In this document: in pieces, positions 47,228-57,257 of the stretch | How positions within the stretch are numbered: position 1 is the first letter of the stretch | Layout: each line of letters begins with the position of its first letter | Assembly (NCBI GenBank): GCA_014729995.1 | Contig: WJIZ01000029.1 | Location: 12,779 to 76,778 of the forward strand | DNA from: Candidatus Woesearchaeota archaeon | Lineage (GTDB): Archaea; Nanobdellota; Nanobdellia; Woesearchaeales; WJIZ01 | Direction: 5' to 3' | DNA: 64,000 bases | Position numbers and translations under genes: made by a program | Notes under the pieces: generated by a model | What the model saw: the letters and a program-made list of their open reading frames with translations, nothing else | What the model was told of the DNA's origin: nothing | Databases searched by the model: none

Positions 47228-47903
47228 TCATTATCACATCCATTAATTTTCCCGTATCTTTCAGGTCATGAAGCAAAAAATCCGGTTTTTTCTTTTTCAG
47301 TTCACCATAGCCGCATACGCCTGTAGCAACAGCAATTACCCTAACGCCGGCATCCTTGGCTGCTTCAATGTCATGTACAGTATCCCCTATGATAAACACG
47401 TCTCTTTTATTAATCTTTCCCAGCTTATTTTCAGCCTGCTTTACAGCAGATTCCACCAGTTCAGACCTTATGTCAGAAGAATGCCCAAACCCCCCAAGAA
47501 TAAAGTATTGCCTTATCTTGAGGTGCTTAAGCTTTGTATATGCAATAGCTTCTATATTGCCTGTTACCAGCCCAAGAATAACATTATCCTTATTATCCAG
47601 CTTTTCAAGTGTCTCTTTTACGCCATCAAGCAGGAATGAATGCTCAAGATTCTCTTTCTGAAACTCTTTTATCATGATCTGAATTATCTCAGCTACTTTC
47701 TTTGGGTCTTTCTCGAGATTGTTTTTCTCAATCAGTTCATTTATGATCTGCAAGTCTGTATAGCCGTTAAATGCCCATTCAGAATAATCTACTTCAATGT
47801 TATATGTTTTTTTGAAAGCCTTTGCGAATGCTTTCTTGTGCGAATCTCCCACATCCATCAAAGTGTGGTCCACATCGAAAAGTACTAATTTTTTACTTGA
47901 CAT
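47220..47903 (-). CDS. HAD-superfamily hydrolase, phosphoglycolate-phosphatase-like.
   Basis: Motif I LVLFDVDHTLMD. Motif IV IGDTVHDIEAAKDAG. Confidence 0.7.
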   Translation of the reverse strand: MSSKKLVLFDVDHTLMDVGDSHKKAFAKAFKKTYNIEVDYSEWAFNGYTDLQIINELIEKNNLEKDPKKVAEIIQIMIKEFQKENLEHSFLLDGVKETLEKLDNKDNVILGLVTGNIEAIAYTKLKHLKIRQYFILGGFGHSSDIRSELVESAVKQAENKLGKINKRDVFIIGDTVHDIEAAKDAGVRVIAVATGVCGYGELKKKKPDFLLHDLKDTGKLMDVIMNG

Positions 47904-48123
47904 CTTCTATTTCTTTATGTTAATATCTCTTTGCATGCTCATTCATTTTCTTTTATCTGGTAATACTATTCCCTTTTAAAGACAGGAAATCCTGTATCTC
48001 TTTTTTTTGGATTTTGTGAATTTTTTCAAATTCAGGTAAATTTCTGTTATTACAGGTATTTCACATATTCAAACCTAAAATAAATGAGATTAATAAGAAA
48101 AAAAGAAAGAATCTTTTCATTCT

Positions 48124-50055
48124 TTATTTCTTTTTCTCCTCATCATCCACTTTGTAGTCAGCGTCAACAACCTTGTCGCCTTTCTTTTTCTTGCCGTCTC
48201 CTGCTCCCTGTTGGGGGCCTGCACCAGCTCCTGATTTTCCGGCCTGCGCCTGCTGCTGCTTGGCCTGCTCTTCCGCAACTTTCCTGTAAATTTCTTCGCT
48301 CACTTTCTGGAATTTTTTCGTAAGGGAGTCCTTTGCCTTCTTTATAGCTTCATAGTTCTTGTCTTTGTCTTTAAGCAGCTCTTTTAGCCCTTCTATGTCT
48401 TTCTGTATGGGCTCTATCTGCTTCTTGTCAACTTTATCGCCCATCTCCTTCAGTGTTTTCTCATACTGGAATACAAGGCTTTCAGCCTCATTTAATGTCT
48501 CTACCTTTTCTTTTCTTTTCTTGTCTTCTTCTGCATGCGCTTCTGCATCCTTTTTCATCTTCTCAATCTCTTCCTCTGAAAGCTTTTGCGTAGCAGTAAT
48601 TCTTATGCTCTGCTCTTTTCCCGTTCCTAAATCCTTGGCAGAAACATGCACTATGCCGTTTGCGTCAATGTCAAAAGTAACCTCTATCTGTGGCACTCCT
48701 CTCGGAGCAGGGGGTATGCCCACTAAGTCAAACCTCCCTAATGACTTGTTGTCAGCAGCCATTGGGCGCTCGCCTTGAAGCACGTGAATTGTAACAGCCG
48801 GCTGGTTGTCCGAGGCAGTCGAAAAAATCTGGCTCTTCTTTGTGGGAATTGTCGTATTCTTGTCGATCAGCTTAGTCATCACTCCCCCCAGTGTTTCAAT
48901 TCCCAGTGTCAATGGTGTTACATCCAGCAATAAGATATCTTTAACTTCCCCTGCCAACACTCCGGCCTGTATTGCTGCGCCTTGTGCAACGCATTCCATG
49001 GGGTCTACACCCCTCTCGGCCTTCTTTCCTATAAAGTCCTCAACAAACTTCCTTACTACAGGCATCCTGGTCGGGCCGCCAACTAAGATTATCTTGTCTA
49101 TGCCGTCCTTGGATAATTTAGCGTCGCTTATGGCCTGCTCCATGGGCTTCTTTGTCTTCTCTATTATGGGCAGCACCAATTCCTCCAGCTTTGCCCTTGT
49201 TATCTTCATAGTAAGATGCTTGGGCCCGTCGCTGCCTGAAGTGATAAAAGGAAGGTTGATATCAGTCTCAACAGTTGTGCTCAGTTCTATCTTTGCCTTT
49301 TCAGCGCCTTCTTTTAAACGCTGCATTGCTGTGGCGTCCTTGCTTAAGTCAATCCCTTCCTTGGCCTTGAAGTCCTTTGTTATGTAGTCAGTCAATGCTT
49401 CATCCATGTCTGTTCCGCCGAGCTGCGTATCTCCTGAAGTAGACTTGACTTCAAAAACACCCTCGCCGAACTCCATTATAGTTACATCCAGCGTTCCGCC
49501 CCCAAAATCATATACAAGGATTTTGTGCTCTTTCTCTGACTTGTCAATGCCGTAAGCCATTGAGGCCGCAGTAGGCTCATTGACAATCCTCACGACATCC
49601 AGGCCTGCGATTGTTCCTGCATCCTTGGTTGCCTGCCTCTGGTTGTCGTCAAAATAAGCTGGAACAGTAATGACAGCCTTTCTTACTTCCTCCCCGATAA
49701 ATTCCTCTGTGTCCCTTTTAATCTTCTGCAGTATAAAAGCAGAGATCTGCTGCGGCGTATATTCCTTTCCGTTAATGTTGTACTTGTGGTCGGTGCCCAT
49801 CTTTCTCTTGGCAGCAGTGATTGTCCTTTCGGGGTTGTTTACTGCCTGCCTTCTTGCAGGCTCGCCTACAAGCATCTGGCCGTCTTTTGTAAAAGCCACG
49901 ATGCTCGGAAAAGCCTTGCCGTATAATGTAGTGCCCTCAGCAGACGGCACTATAGTGGGCTTTCCTGCCTGCAGTACAGCTGCAGCGCTGTTGCTTGTTC
50001 CCAAATCTATTCCAATGATCTTCTCTTTTTTTGTTTGTTTTTTTCCTTCGGTCAT
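48124..50055 (-). CDS. dnaK: Chaperone DnaK (Hsp70), with a Lys/Gly-rich C-terminal tail.
   Basis: [19 protein letters not shown]. Full Hsp70 layout. ATG 50055 (MTEGKK) is preferred over 50082. Confidence 0.9.
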   Translation of the reverse strand: MTEGKKQTKKEKIIGIDLGTSNSAAAVLQAGKPTIVPSAEGTTLYGKAFPSIVAFTKDGQMLVGEPARRQAVNNPERTITAAKRKMGTDHKYNINGKEYTPQQISAFILQKIKRDTEEFIGEEVRKAVITVPAYFDDNQRQATKDAGTIAGLDVVRIVNEPTAASMAYGIDKSEKEHKILVYDFGGGTLDVTIMEFGEGVFEVKSTSGDTQLGGTDMDEALTDYITKDFKAKEGIDLSKDATAMQRLKEGAEKAKIELSTTVETDINLPFITSGSDGPKHLTMKITRAKLEELVLPIIEKTKKPMEQAISDAKLSKDGIDKIILVGGPTRMPVVRKFVEDFIGKKAERGVDPMECVAQGAAIQAGVLAGEVKDILLLDVTPLTLGIETLGGVMTKLIDKNTTIPTKKSQIFSTASDNQPAVTIHVLQGERPMAADNKSLGRFDLVGIPPAPRGVPQIEVTFDIDANGIVHVSAKDLGTGKEQSIRITATQKLSEEEIEKMKKDAEAHAEEDKKRKEKVETLNEAESLVFQYEKTLKEMGDKVDKKQIEPIQKDIEGLKELLKDKDKNYEAIKKAKDSLTKKFQKVSEEIYRKVAEEQAKQQQAQAGKSGAGAGPQQGAGDGKKKKGDKVVDADYKVDDEEKKK

Positions 50056-50085
50056 CCTATCATCACCTTTTGGTTTTATCAAGTA

Positions 50086-50439
50086 TCAGCCAAAATAGCT
50101 TGGCGCTGTTTTTGTAACATTGCTCCTCTTTTCTTTCTCTTTTTGTTTCTTTTTCTCTATCTTTTTCATAGCGTTGGTTTTCTCTATCTTTCCAAACTCT
50201 TTTTCATATTTCTCTATCATCTCAGACAGCAGTTCATGCACCCTTTTTGCATGGTAAGGCTCTATCATCACAACATTGTGGGCCATATGCAGGGTAGGCG
50301 CTTCGTTGCTCCTAGGGTCGATTCTCGGTGTCACGCACCTAAAATCCATTATAAATTGTGTTGGGCTGAAATTTATACTTGCCTCATGGGCAAAAAAACC
50401 CTGCCCTTCATTTATGCTTAAATTGATTTTCTTCTCCAT
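50086..50439 (-). CDS. Conserved hypothetical protein of 117 aa, with a Lys-rich tail.
   Basis: ORF with the SD-like GGAGGATGAAAG upstream. Its translation-initiation region is duplicated upstream. Confidence 0.45.
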   Translation of the reverse strand: MEKKINLSINEGQGFFAHEASINFSPTQFIMDFRCVTPRIDPRSNEAPTLHMAHNVVMIEPYHAKRVHELLSEMIEKYEKEFGKIEKTNAMKKIEKKKQKEKEKRSNVTKTAPSYFG

Positions 50440-50464
50440 CTTTCATCCTCCGACTCGGGAGACT

Positions 50465-50524
50465 TCATGTCTCCCCATACCCTTTCCCGAGGCTTTCGAA
50501 AAGGCTCTTGATTTTCTTCTCCAT
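50465..50524 (-). other. A 19-codon upstream ORF (MEKKIKSLFESLGKGYGET). It was created by a 28-bp duplication of the downstream gene's initiation region. Its stop lies in the loop of a 7-bp hairpin GGGAGAC-UUCAU-GUCUCCC.
   Basis: Direct repeat 50423-50450 versus 50508-50535. Palindrome at 50457-50475. Confidence 0.4.
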
Positions 50525-50527
50525 CTT

Positions 50528-50857
50528 TCATCCTCTTTTGGCCTTTCTTCTCAATTCTTCCGCTCTTTCTTCCTTCAGAACAGGCTTTGGCTTTTGTTTT
50601 ACGTTCTCGTAAGAAACAACTTTGACAGTCTCAAAGAATTTTGCCAGCTTGTTCAGTCTGAAATTGTCCCCGTTCCTGACAGAGCCTATTGCCTCGTGAA
50701 GATTGAAATCAGTAGTTATAAGCTCTACTTCGGAAGAATGGCACATTATCAAAGTATCCAGCTTTTCATCATCCTTAATCATGTACTTAAGGATGGTCTC
50801 TGAATTAAGGAACATCCTCTGCTTTTGCTTGTTTCCATTTGTTATTTTTATCTTCAT
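50528..50857 (-). CDS. Hypothetical protein of 109 aa.
   Basis: ORF only. Confidence 0.4.
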   Translation of the reverse strand: MKIKITNGNKQKQRMFLNSETILKYMIKDDEKLDTLIMCHSSEVELITTDFNLHEAIGSVRNGDNFRLNKLAKFFETVKVVSYENVKQKPKPVLKEERAEELRRKAKRG

Positions 50858-50866
50858 CTTAACCTC

Positions 50867-51379
50867 TTAATGCAGTATTTCATAGCCCAGTATCTTTTTC
50901 AGCTTCTTCTTGTCCGGAACAATGTCCTCTAATTTTCCTCCCGGTATTATCTTTCCTCCCGATTTTATGTAAGATGCATACTGCCTTATGCTTTCAGCAT
51001 CATCCTTATCCAGTATATAATTGAGCAAAAACCACGCGCTCAGCTCCTCCCCGTTATCAGAGCAGTTGCCGACCCTGCACTGCAATGGCTTCACTTTGTT
51101 TATCCTGCAACCTTCCCCGTCGAAAAAGATGCATTCTCCGTAATTTTTGCCCGACTTGAGCCTCGGCCTGAGCAGTTTCCTGTTAAATTGCTCTTTTTCT
51201 TCAAGATATTCCTTTTCCAGCCTTTCTCCGCTTATATGCAAAAAATCCGCTATTTTTTCCTTATCATCTCCTGCTAAAAAGCCTGAGCCGTATCTGCAGC
51301 AGTTGTTTTTCCTGCTGCATTTTTTGCCCAGCTCAAGTATTTTTCTGCGAGGTGTAGCTGCAGTAATTCTTTCTTTCAT
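50867..51379 (-). CDS. YkgJ/UPF0153-type Cys-rich (CxxCxxCC) putative Fe-S or zinc-binding protein.
   Basis: CSRKNNCCRYG...CIFFDGEGCRINKVKPLQC. Confidence 0.55.
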   Translation of the reverse strand: MKERITAATPRRKILELGKKCSRKNNCCRYGSGFLAGDDKEKIADFLHISGERLEKEYLEEKEQFNRKLLRPRLKSGKNYGECIFFDGEGCRINKVKPLQCRVGNCSDNGEELSAWFLLNYILDKDDAESIRQYASYIKSGGKIIPGGKLEDIVPDKKKLKKILGYEILH

Positions 51380-51921
51380 TATGCCTTTTTCAAAACCTTG
51401 ACTTTTGCATATCTCAGCACTTTATCCTTGAACATATAGCCTCTCTGAAGCTCTTCCTTGATCATCTCATCTTCTTCTTCCTTGTCTGTTTTTTCAGTCA
51501 TTAATATTTCATGCTTATAGGGGTCGAATTTCTCGCCTTCAGTTTTGATAGGCCGCATCCCTTCTTTCTCAAGTATATCATATATCTGGCTGTAAATCAT
51601 CTCCATTCCCTTGACGAATTGCTTATAGTCTTGGGTGTTCCTCAGGGCCAGCATGAAATTATCCAATATTGGAAGCATATTTTCGACTACCTTTGCAGAA
51701 GCATAATTCCTGAATTCTTGGTTTTCCCTTTCGCACCTCTTCCTGTAATTGTCAACTTCTGCCTGCAGCCTTTGCAGCGTATCCGTGAGCTCTTCAACTT
51801 TCCTGTTCAGCTCCCTTATCTTCTTGTTCTTCTCTGAAATTATCTGCTCTTCTTTTTTTTGCCTTTTTTTTGCCTTGTCAGCACCATCCTTGGAATTTTC
51901 CGTTCTTTTTTTCTCTGCCAT
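51379..51921 (-). CDS. grpE: Nucleotide exchange factor GrpE.
   Basis: Coiled-coil N-terminus. YRKR..RE. NMLPILDNF. Typical GrpE C-terminus. Confidence 0.85.
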   Translation of the reverse strand: MAEKKRTENSKDGADKAKKRQKKEEQIISEKNKKIRELNRKVEELTDTLQRLQAEVDNYRKRCERENQEFRNYASAKVVENMLPILDNFMLALRNTQDYKQFVKGMEMIYSQIYDILEKEGMRPIKTEGEKFDPYKHEILMTEKTDKEEEDEMIKEELQRGYMFKDKVLRYAKVKVLKKA

Positions 51922-51948
51922 TTTTTCACCTTAAAAAAAAATAAAAAA

Positions 51949-52428
51949 TTAATCAATATCTACTCTCTTCTTTTTGTGCTCAATCTCCTTTCTTTTTGGA
52001 ACTTCTATCTTCAGCACACCGTTCCTGTAGCTTGCCCTGGCATTCTCTGCATCCACTTCCGCAGGCAACGGTATTCTCCTGTAGAATCTGCTCATTCTGC
52101 TAGAATAGGTGTATGTTCCTTTCTTCTCTTCTTTCTTTTCGTCCTTTTTCTCAACCTTTATTTCAATGCTGTCGTCTGTCACATTAAGGTCAATGTCATC
52201 TTTATTTGCCCCGGGCAGTTCTATATTCGCTATCACGTTCTTCTCTGTCTCTTTTACATCTGCCATCGGAGCCCTGAATCCCTTGTTCCACTTTGTCAAT
52301 CCTTTTTCTTCATTTCCATATCCAAGCAGATTGCTGCTTCCTTTAAACATCCTGTTAAACAGGCTGTCCATCTCTTCATGCATTCTTGCTATTTCATCGA
52401 AAGGGTCCCACATTTGAACCACCTCCAT
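51949..52428 (-). CDS. Small heat-shock protein (Hsp20/alpha-crystallin).
   Basis: Alpha-crystallin domain (..DVKETEKNVIANIELPG...GVLKIEVPKRK). Confidence 0.85.
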   Translation of the reverse strand: MEVVQMWDPFDEIARMHEEMDSLFNRMFKGSSNLLGYGNEEKGLTKWNKGFRAPMADVKETEKNVIANIELPGANKDDIDLNVTDDSIEIKVEKKDEKKEEKKGTYTYSSRMSRFYRRIPLPAEVDAENARASYRNGVLKIEVPKRKEIEHKKKRVDID

Positions 52429-52472
52429 GGTTTTCTTTGGGTATATTTTCTTATTTATAAATTTTTCCCTTT

Positions 52473-52493
52473 TTGTTGATTTTAAATCAACAA
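52473..52493. promoter_or_regulatory. Perfect 10-bp-arm palindrome TTGTTGATTT-t-AAATCAACAA in the hsp20 divergent promoter region. Candidate operator.
   Basis: Read from the sequence. It lies between the divergent hsp20 and the wHTH regulator gene. Confidence 0.4.
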
Positions 52494-52580
52494 TATTATA
52501 TTATAATGAACAATTACTATTTAAATCTTTCTCGAAAAATTTAAATAGAAGCAGTGTTTAGTTAAAATTATATTTTTGGT

Positions 52581-52994
52581 GTGATTATGAGATTTATAAG
52601 CCAGAAGATAACTATAATAAAGGTAAGAAAGCCTGTAGAAAGAACAATTAACCAGCAGCTGCAGTGGCTGGGCAGCTCTCTCGGGTTATTCAATTTGAGG
52701 GATAAGAATAAATCATGCTTCAGGATATTTATTGAATTATTAAGGGCAACAAAAGCAGGCAGGCAGCTAACCTCAGACCAGATAGCAGCAAACCTTTCTC
52801 TTAGCAGGGGGACAGTTATACATCATATCAACACATTGACAAACGCAGGCCTTATAATCCACGAGGGCAACAAGTATATTTTAAGGGTCAACGATCTTTC
52901 TGAGCTGATAGGTGAGCTTGAAAAAGACATAGACAGGACGCTTTCTGACTTAAAAGAAGCCGCCCAGAATATAGACTCAAGGCTTAATAAGTGA
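52581..52994 (+). CDS. Winged-helix transcriptional regulator, a candidate heat-shock regulator (Phr-like).
   Basis: HTH-like segment LTSDQIAANLSLSRGTVIHHINTLTNAGLI. Divergent from the hsp20-grpE-dnaK cluster. Confidence 0.5.
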   Translation: MIMRFISQKITIIKVRKPVERTINQQLQWLGSSLGLFNLRDKNKSCFRIFIELLRATKAGRQLTSDQIAANLSLSRGTVIHHINTLTNAGLIIHEGNKYILRVNDLSELIGELEKDIDRTLSDLKEAAQNIDSRLNK

Positions 52995-53125
52995 TCTGGA
53001 TGCGGACAATAAATATCTATAAAAAAAGAATTCAGCCTGTATAGCGGGACAACAAATTATAGCATGCTTTTTTTGCTGCCTAATCAATAAAAAACTATAA
53101 ATACTAGCAGGTTAATATCTAATTC

Positions 53126-54496
53126 ATGAAGAGAGAAGCATTGCTATTGGCTTTTTTGATGCTCGTGCCATTTTCATTTTCTGAGATAAATATACTGGGA
53201 ATAAAACAGGCATATAATATAGGTGAAGATATCCTGCCCAGGGTAAATATCTCTTTGGAAGAGGAAACAGAGGGATTCCGTACTGCAAAAATAGAATGCA
53301 GCTCTTTTTCAAGGTCATATTATGTAGAGCAGGGAATTCTTTCAGAAAGCTTTTTACCCTCCTTAAAGACATTCTCAGAAATGCTTGGCAGATGCACGCT
53401 TATCGTTCAGCTGGAAAAGCAGGACAGCTCTATTCTAGGGGAAAAGCGTTCCGATGCATTTGAGGTAACCGAAAAGCTTATTCCTGGCCTGGACATTGGA
53501 GTAAAAGCATTAAACCCATCAGATACACTAAACATCGAAGGAAGCTTATATAATGCAAGGCAAGAGCCTGTCAAGGGCATGCTCAGCGCAAGGCTGTCCG
53601 ATAATGATTACAATTATGTGATCGATGACGAAAAATTCAGCTTCGGCCTTGAGATTCCTTCAGATATAGAATCAGGGGAAAATAAGCTCCTGCTCACCTT
53701 TGAAGACAATAAAGGTAATTACGCAGATGAGCTTGTTTTGCTCGAAATAATGCCAAAGCCCACTTCCATGGAGGCAGCTCTTGATGATGATCTTTACCTT
53801 CCTTATGAGGAAATCAATGCACAAATTTTCCTTCTGGATCAGGCAGGAGCTTCCCTGGATAGGGAAATAGCGATATCGATAACAAAGGATAAGGAAAGTA
53901 TTTATTCAGCAAACCATTCTGTAGGCATTTTTAAGTATCCTCTGGACAATATACTCGAGCCGGGGGAATATGCTTTCTCAGTGTCGTATGGAGGCATAAG
54001 CGCAGAAGAAAAATTCAGCATAGCTGCTTTGCAGCAGATAGACAACAGGCTCGAAGACCAAAAAGCAGTCATCACCAATACAGGAAATGTTGATTATGAG
54101 AACAGGACTTCCATAATAATTGTCAGGAAAGACGGTGAAATAGTGGTTGAGAAGAAAGTTTCCCTTAAGCCGGATGAATCCTACAAGATAGACCTCTCCA
54201 AAGAGATGCCTGAGGGCAATTACTCTGTTGTGCTTCCTAAAGGCGAAAAGATAGACAATGTGCATGTAGAAGATAACAGAAATATATTCAAGAAAGCATC
54301 TTCTGGATTAAGCTCTATAGCGGGCAATTTCGTCAGGGTAACAAAAAAAAGCAATGCAGGGCTTAGCATCCTGATTTTTTTCCTTGTGGTCATAGTAGGT
54401 CTCGCTGTCCTGCAGTATTACGGTCTTCCTGTTCTCCCGGCTGTCAAAGACGGCGCCATGTCAATATATAAGAAAATCAAAATCAGGAAACAATAA
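53126..54496 (+). CDS. Secreted surface protein with a signal peptide and a C-terminal TM anchor.
   Basis: MKREALLLAFLMLVPFSFSE. C-terminal GLSILIFFLVVIVGLAVLQYYGL. Confidence 0.6.
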   Translation: MKREALLLAFLMLVPFSFSEINILGIKQAYNIGEDILPRVNISLEEETEGFRTAKIECSSFSRSYYVEQGILSESFLPSLKTFSEMLGRCTLIVQLEKQDSSILGEKRSDAFEVTEKLIPGLDIGVKALNPSDTLNIEGSLYNARQEPVKGMLSARLSDNDYNYVIDDEKFSFGLEIPSDIESGENKLLLTFEDNKGNYADELVLLEIMPKPTSMEAALDDDLYLPYEEINAQIFLLDQAGASLDREIAISITKDKESIYSANHSVGIFKYPLDNILEPGEYAFSVSYGGISAEEKFSIAALQQIDNRLEDQKAVITNTGNVDYENRTSIIIVRKDGEIVVEKKVSLKPDESYKIDLSKEMPEGNYSVVLPKGEKIDNVHVEDNRNIFKKASSGLSSIAGNFVRVTKKSNAGLSILIFFLVVIVGLAVLQYYGLPVLPAVKDGAMSIYKKIKIRKQ

Positions 54497-54499
54497 GAA

Positions 54500-54649
54500 T
54501 CAGTCTTTGCGCTCTTTCTCTACCTGCTCAAGTATGTCCTGTGCAGAGCTTGCTTTTCCCATGGTGTTCTCCCCCCCGCAATAGGGGCATCTCCCGGGAA
54601 CTTTCTCTTTTTCCATTGCATAATGGCATTTTTTGCACTCGAACTTCAT
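54500..54649 (-). CDS. Small zinc-ribbon protein (CxxC...CxxC), rubredoxin-like.
   Basis: MKFECKKCHYAMEKEKVPGRCPYCGG. The internal ATG is preferred over the track start. Confidence 0.45.
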   Translation of the reverse strand: MKFECKKCHYAMEKEKVPGRCPYCGGENTMGKASSAQDILEQVEKERKD

Positions 54650-54747
54650 TATTATATGTTTATAGTGTAACTTGTATATAAAATTTATTGTATTAAGCCG
54701 GCGCAATATTCCCTGTTGATTCTGCAAATTCAAACTTAAAAATTGGC

Positions 54748-55506
54748 TTATCTTGCACTCTTCTGGTAGGAATTAATAGCATCCATCAGCTCGGATTTGT
54801 CAAAGTCAAGCCACGGCTTATTAGAGAAATAAATCGCCGAATTCAGCGAATCCCACAAAAGCAGGCCTGTCTTAAGTTTTTTTCTTCCGTTCACGATGAT
54901 TATTTCGGGCGGGATAAAATAAGATGAGTATGTGTTGCTCTTGATCATGTCTTTGTCTATTGTTTCGGGCCCTATTTTTTCTGTCTTGACTTTTCTTGCT
55001 ATAAGCCTGCACGCATCAACTATCTCATCCTGCCCGTTGTAATTTATGCAAAGATTGGCATAAAAGCCGTCATTGTCCTTTGTAGCTGCTATCAGCTCTT
55101 TAATGGGCTCGACAACCTTATGCGGGAGGTTATACCATTTGCCTAATACGCTTATTTTTATCTTTTCCCTTATTATGCTTTCCGCAGCCAAGCCGCGTAT
55201 GAATTTCGCAATCTCTTCCAGGTAATCTTCATCCCTGTTCCTGTCATCAAGCAGGTAAAAAGTGGTTATGGGTATATTAAGCTTCAGCTGGTGCTTTATT
55301 GCATCCAGTATCTTTAAAAGACCATTTTCATAGCTGTTCTCGCTCTTTCTTTTTTCATCTATCCCCCCTAAAGTGATTGCTATGTGTTTTGGTATTTTTA
55401 TCTTTATCTCATAGCTTTTCTCTTTCCCGAATCTCAGCTTGTCCAGCATTGTAAGTTGCCTATTGCTTAAATCATAGAAATCAGCAGAAATCGCATCACT
55501 CCACAT
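54748..55506 (-). CDS. cis-Prenyltransferase (undecaprenyl-diphosphate synthase family), with a divergent N-terminus.
   Basis: C-terminal LLWDSLNSAIYFSNKPWLDFDKSELMDAINSYQKSAR and NYNGQDEI match UppS motifs. Confidence 0.6.
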   Translation of the reverse strand: MWSDAISADFYDLSNRQLTMLDKLRFGKEKSYEIKIKIPKHIAITLGGIDEKRKSENSYENGLLKILDAIKHQLKLNIPITTFYLLDDRNRDEDYLEEIAKFIRGLAAESIIREKIKISVLGKWYNLPHKVVEPIKELIAATKDNDGFYANLCINYNGQDEIVDACRLIARKVKTEKIGPETIDKDMIKSNTYSSYFIPPEIIIVNGRKKLKTGLLLWDSLNSAIYFSNKPWLDFDKSELMDAINSYQKSAR

Positions 55507-55514
55507 TAAAATGT

Positions 55515-55635
55515 GGAGTATGAAGATGCAATTTCTTTAACAGGCTGATTTCTGGGACAATAAGAAATGCTTAGGCATTTCTTGTGTGCCAGAAAATCTT
55601 TGATTTCCTGAGCATGCCAAAAAAGCAAAAGCACT
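55515..55635. repeat. Copy B of the ~120-bp interspersed repeat. It abuts the uppS start, which sits in a CCACAT-TAAA-ATGTGG hairpin.
   Basis: About 94% identical to 15150-15270. Hairpin 1 is conserved. Hairpin 2 carries one disruptive substitution. Confidence 0.7.
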
Positions 55636-55776
55636 CATCCGACAACTAAACTTCAGGCTGTGCCCGAAGGCTTACAAATTTACAATTTGAGAGAGTTGTG
55701 GGTATTCTGCTTTTTTGAGTATAACACCTGTATTAATATGGCAATATTTATAAATATTCGCTAGTAATGCCATATA

Positions 55777-56643
55777 ATGATTGCATTAACTATAAAGCAT
55801 TCTATTGCTTTCTTCTACCTGCTGGCAGGTTCTGTATCTGATATAAAGACAAGGGAGGTAGCGGACTGGGCGAACTATGGCCTAATCTCTCTCGCAATAG
55901 CAGCCAACCTTATTTTTTCAATTTATTTCAGGGACTGGGATTATATCCTGAACAGCTTGTTAGGATTCGGTATTTTTTTCGTCCTGGCTGTAATGTTCTT
56001 CTATTCAGGGCAGTGGGGAGGCGGGGATTCAAAGATGCTCATGGGCATAGGCGCCCTGTACGGCTTCGGATTGAAATGGCAGGATAATGAGTTTATGGTT
56101 TCTTTTTTGTTAAACACGCTTATTGCAGGCGCAGGCTATGGAATCATATGGAGCATTGCAGCAGCTTTCAGGAATAAGAAGAAATTTATCAGGGAATTTA
56201 AGAAGATAGTAAAAAATGATAAGGTAAGAAAAATCAGGATACTCGGCGTTGTATTCCTGGCATTAACTGCTTTGTTGTTATTTGCTTTCATGTCGTTCCT
56301 CAGCTTAGCGCTGTTTTCTCTGGCTGTGATGGGCTTTCTTTCAATATACTTATGGCTGCTGATAAAGGCAGTCGAGAACAGCAGCATGTATAAGCTCGTG
56401 AAGCCGGCAGAGCTTACCGAGGGCGACTGGATTGCCAAAGAAGTGAAATATAATGGAAAAGTCATAACAGGCCCCCAAGACCTTGGCATAGATAAGAAAA
56501 AGATAGGCAGGCTAAAAAGGCTCTATAGACAGAAAAAGATTAAAAAAATACTGATAAAGGAAGGCATTCCTTTTGTGCCCAGCTTTCTTGTTGGCTGGGT
56601 GATGACTTTGCTTATTGGTAATATAATAGGGATTATAATATAA
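55777..56643 (+). CDS. A24-family prepilin/preflagellin peptidase (PibD/FlaK-like).
   Basis: Catalytic Asp motifs SDIKTREV..D and GGGDSKMLMGIGA. Polytopic membrane protein. Confidence 0.75.
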   Translation: MIALTIKHSIAFFYLLAGSVSDIKTREVADWANYGLISLAIAANLIFSIYFRDWDYILNSLLGFGIFFVLAVMFFYSGQWGGGDSKMLMGIGALYGFGLKWQDNEFMVSFLLNTLIAGAGYGIIWSIAAAFRNKKKFIREFKKIVKNDKVRKIRILGVVFLALTALLLFAFMSFLSLALFSLAVMGFLSIYLWLLIKAVENSSMYKLVKPAELTEGDWIAKEVKYNGKVITGPQDLGIDKKKIGRLKRLYRQKKIKKILIKEGIPFVPSFLVGWVMTLLIGNIIGIII

Positions 56644-56726
56644 ACATACCTGTTAAAGGCATATAATTTTTTTTAGTTTTTAGCCGATTTAAAGAAGCAT
56701 ATTGCTACATTTTCTTCAGGCATTAT

Positions 56727-57257
56727 CTAAGCTATCCTCCTGTTCACGCTTCTCCAAAGGTAATTATCCCCGTCTCCGGAGACTTTTTCTCTTTTCTCTT
56801 CCCTCTTTTCATCCTTCTTTTCTGCATTTGCACTGATGCCCAGATGTTCGGTCTGCTCCTTTATCCTCAGTTCAACAGTCGACATCTCCTCTTCTGAAAG
56901 CTGCTTTGGCTTCCACTGCATGCTGATGTTATCTCCTTCTTTCCTGGGGATGACATTTATTATGAAATGCGGAACACCTTGCCCAGCGCTAACGCCATTA
57001 GTCACAAACACATTAGTTCCCTGTACATTAAGACTTTCGAACAAGGCAGTGGATATCTTGTTAGAAATGGAAAATAATTTGCCTGCTAAGCTGTCTGGCA
57101 CCTGCTCAAATATTGGAAAATGTTTTTTCGGGACAACAAAAGTATGGCCGGCAGCCGCGCCGTTATAGTCAAGGAAAGCAAGCACATCGTCGTCTTCATA
57201 AACCTTCTTGCTCGGCACTTTTTCGTCTATTATATCGCAGATTAAGCAATCAGCCAT
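56727..57257 (-). CDS. HIT-like protein with a degenerate histidine triad and a Lys/Glu-rich tail.
   Basis: N-terminal CLICDII. Triad region GQGVPHFIINVIPR, where only the first His is retained. Confidence 0.6.
   Translation of the reverse strand: MADCLICDIIDEKVPSKKVYEDDDVLAFLDYNGAAAGHTFVVPKKHFPIFEQVPDSLAGKLFSISNKISTALFESLNVQGTNVFVTNGVSAGQGVPHFIINVIPRKEGDNISMQWKPKQLSEEEMSTVELRIKEQTEHLGISANAEKKDEKREEKREKVSGDGDNYLWRSVNRRIA

Noticed and set aside
50423-50535. Direct repeats as a CRISPR array.
   Set aside because: Only two copies, no regular spacers, and the repeat includes a start codon and SD. It is a duplicated translation-initiation region.
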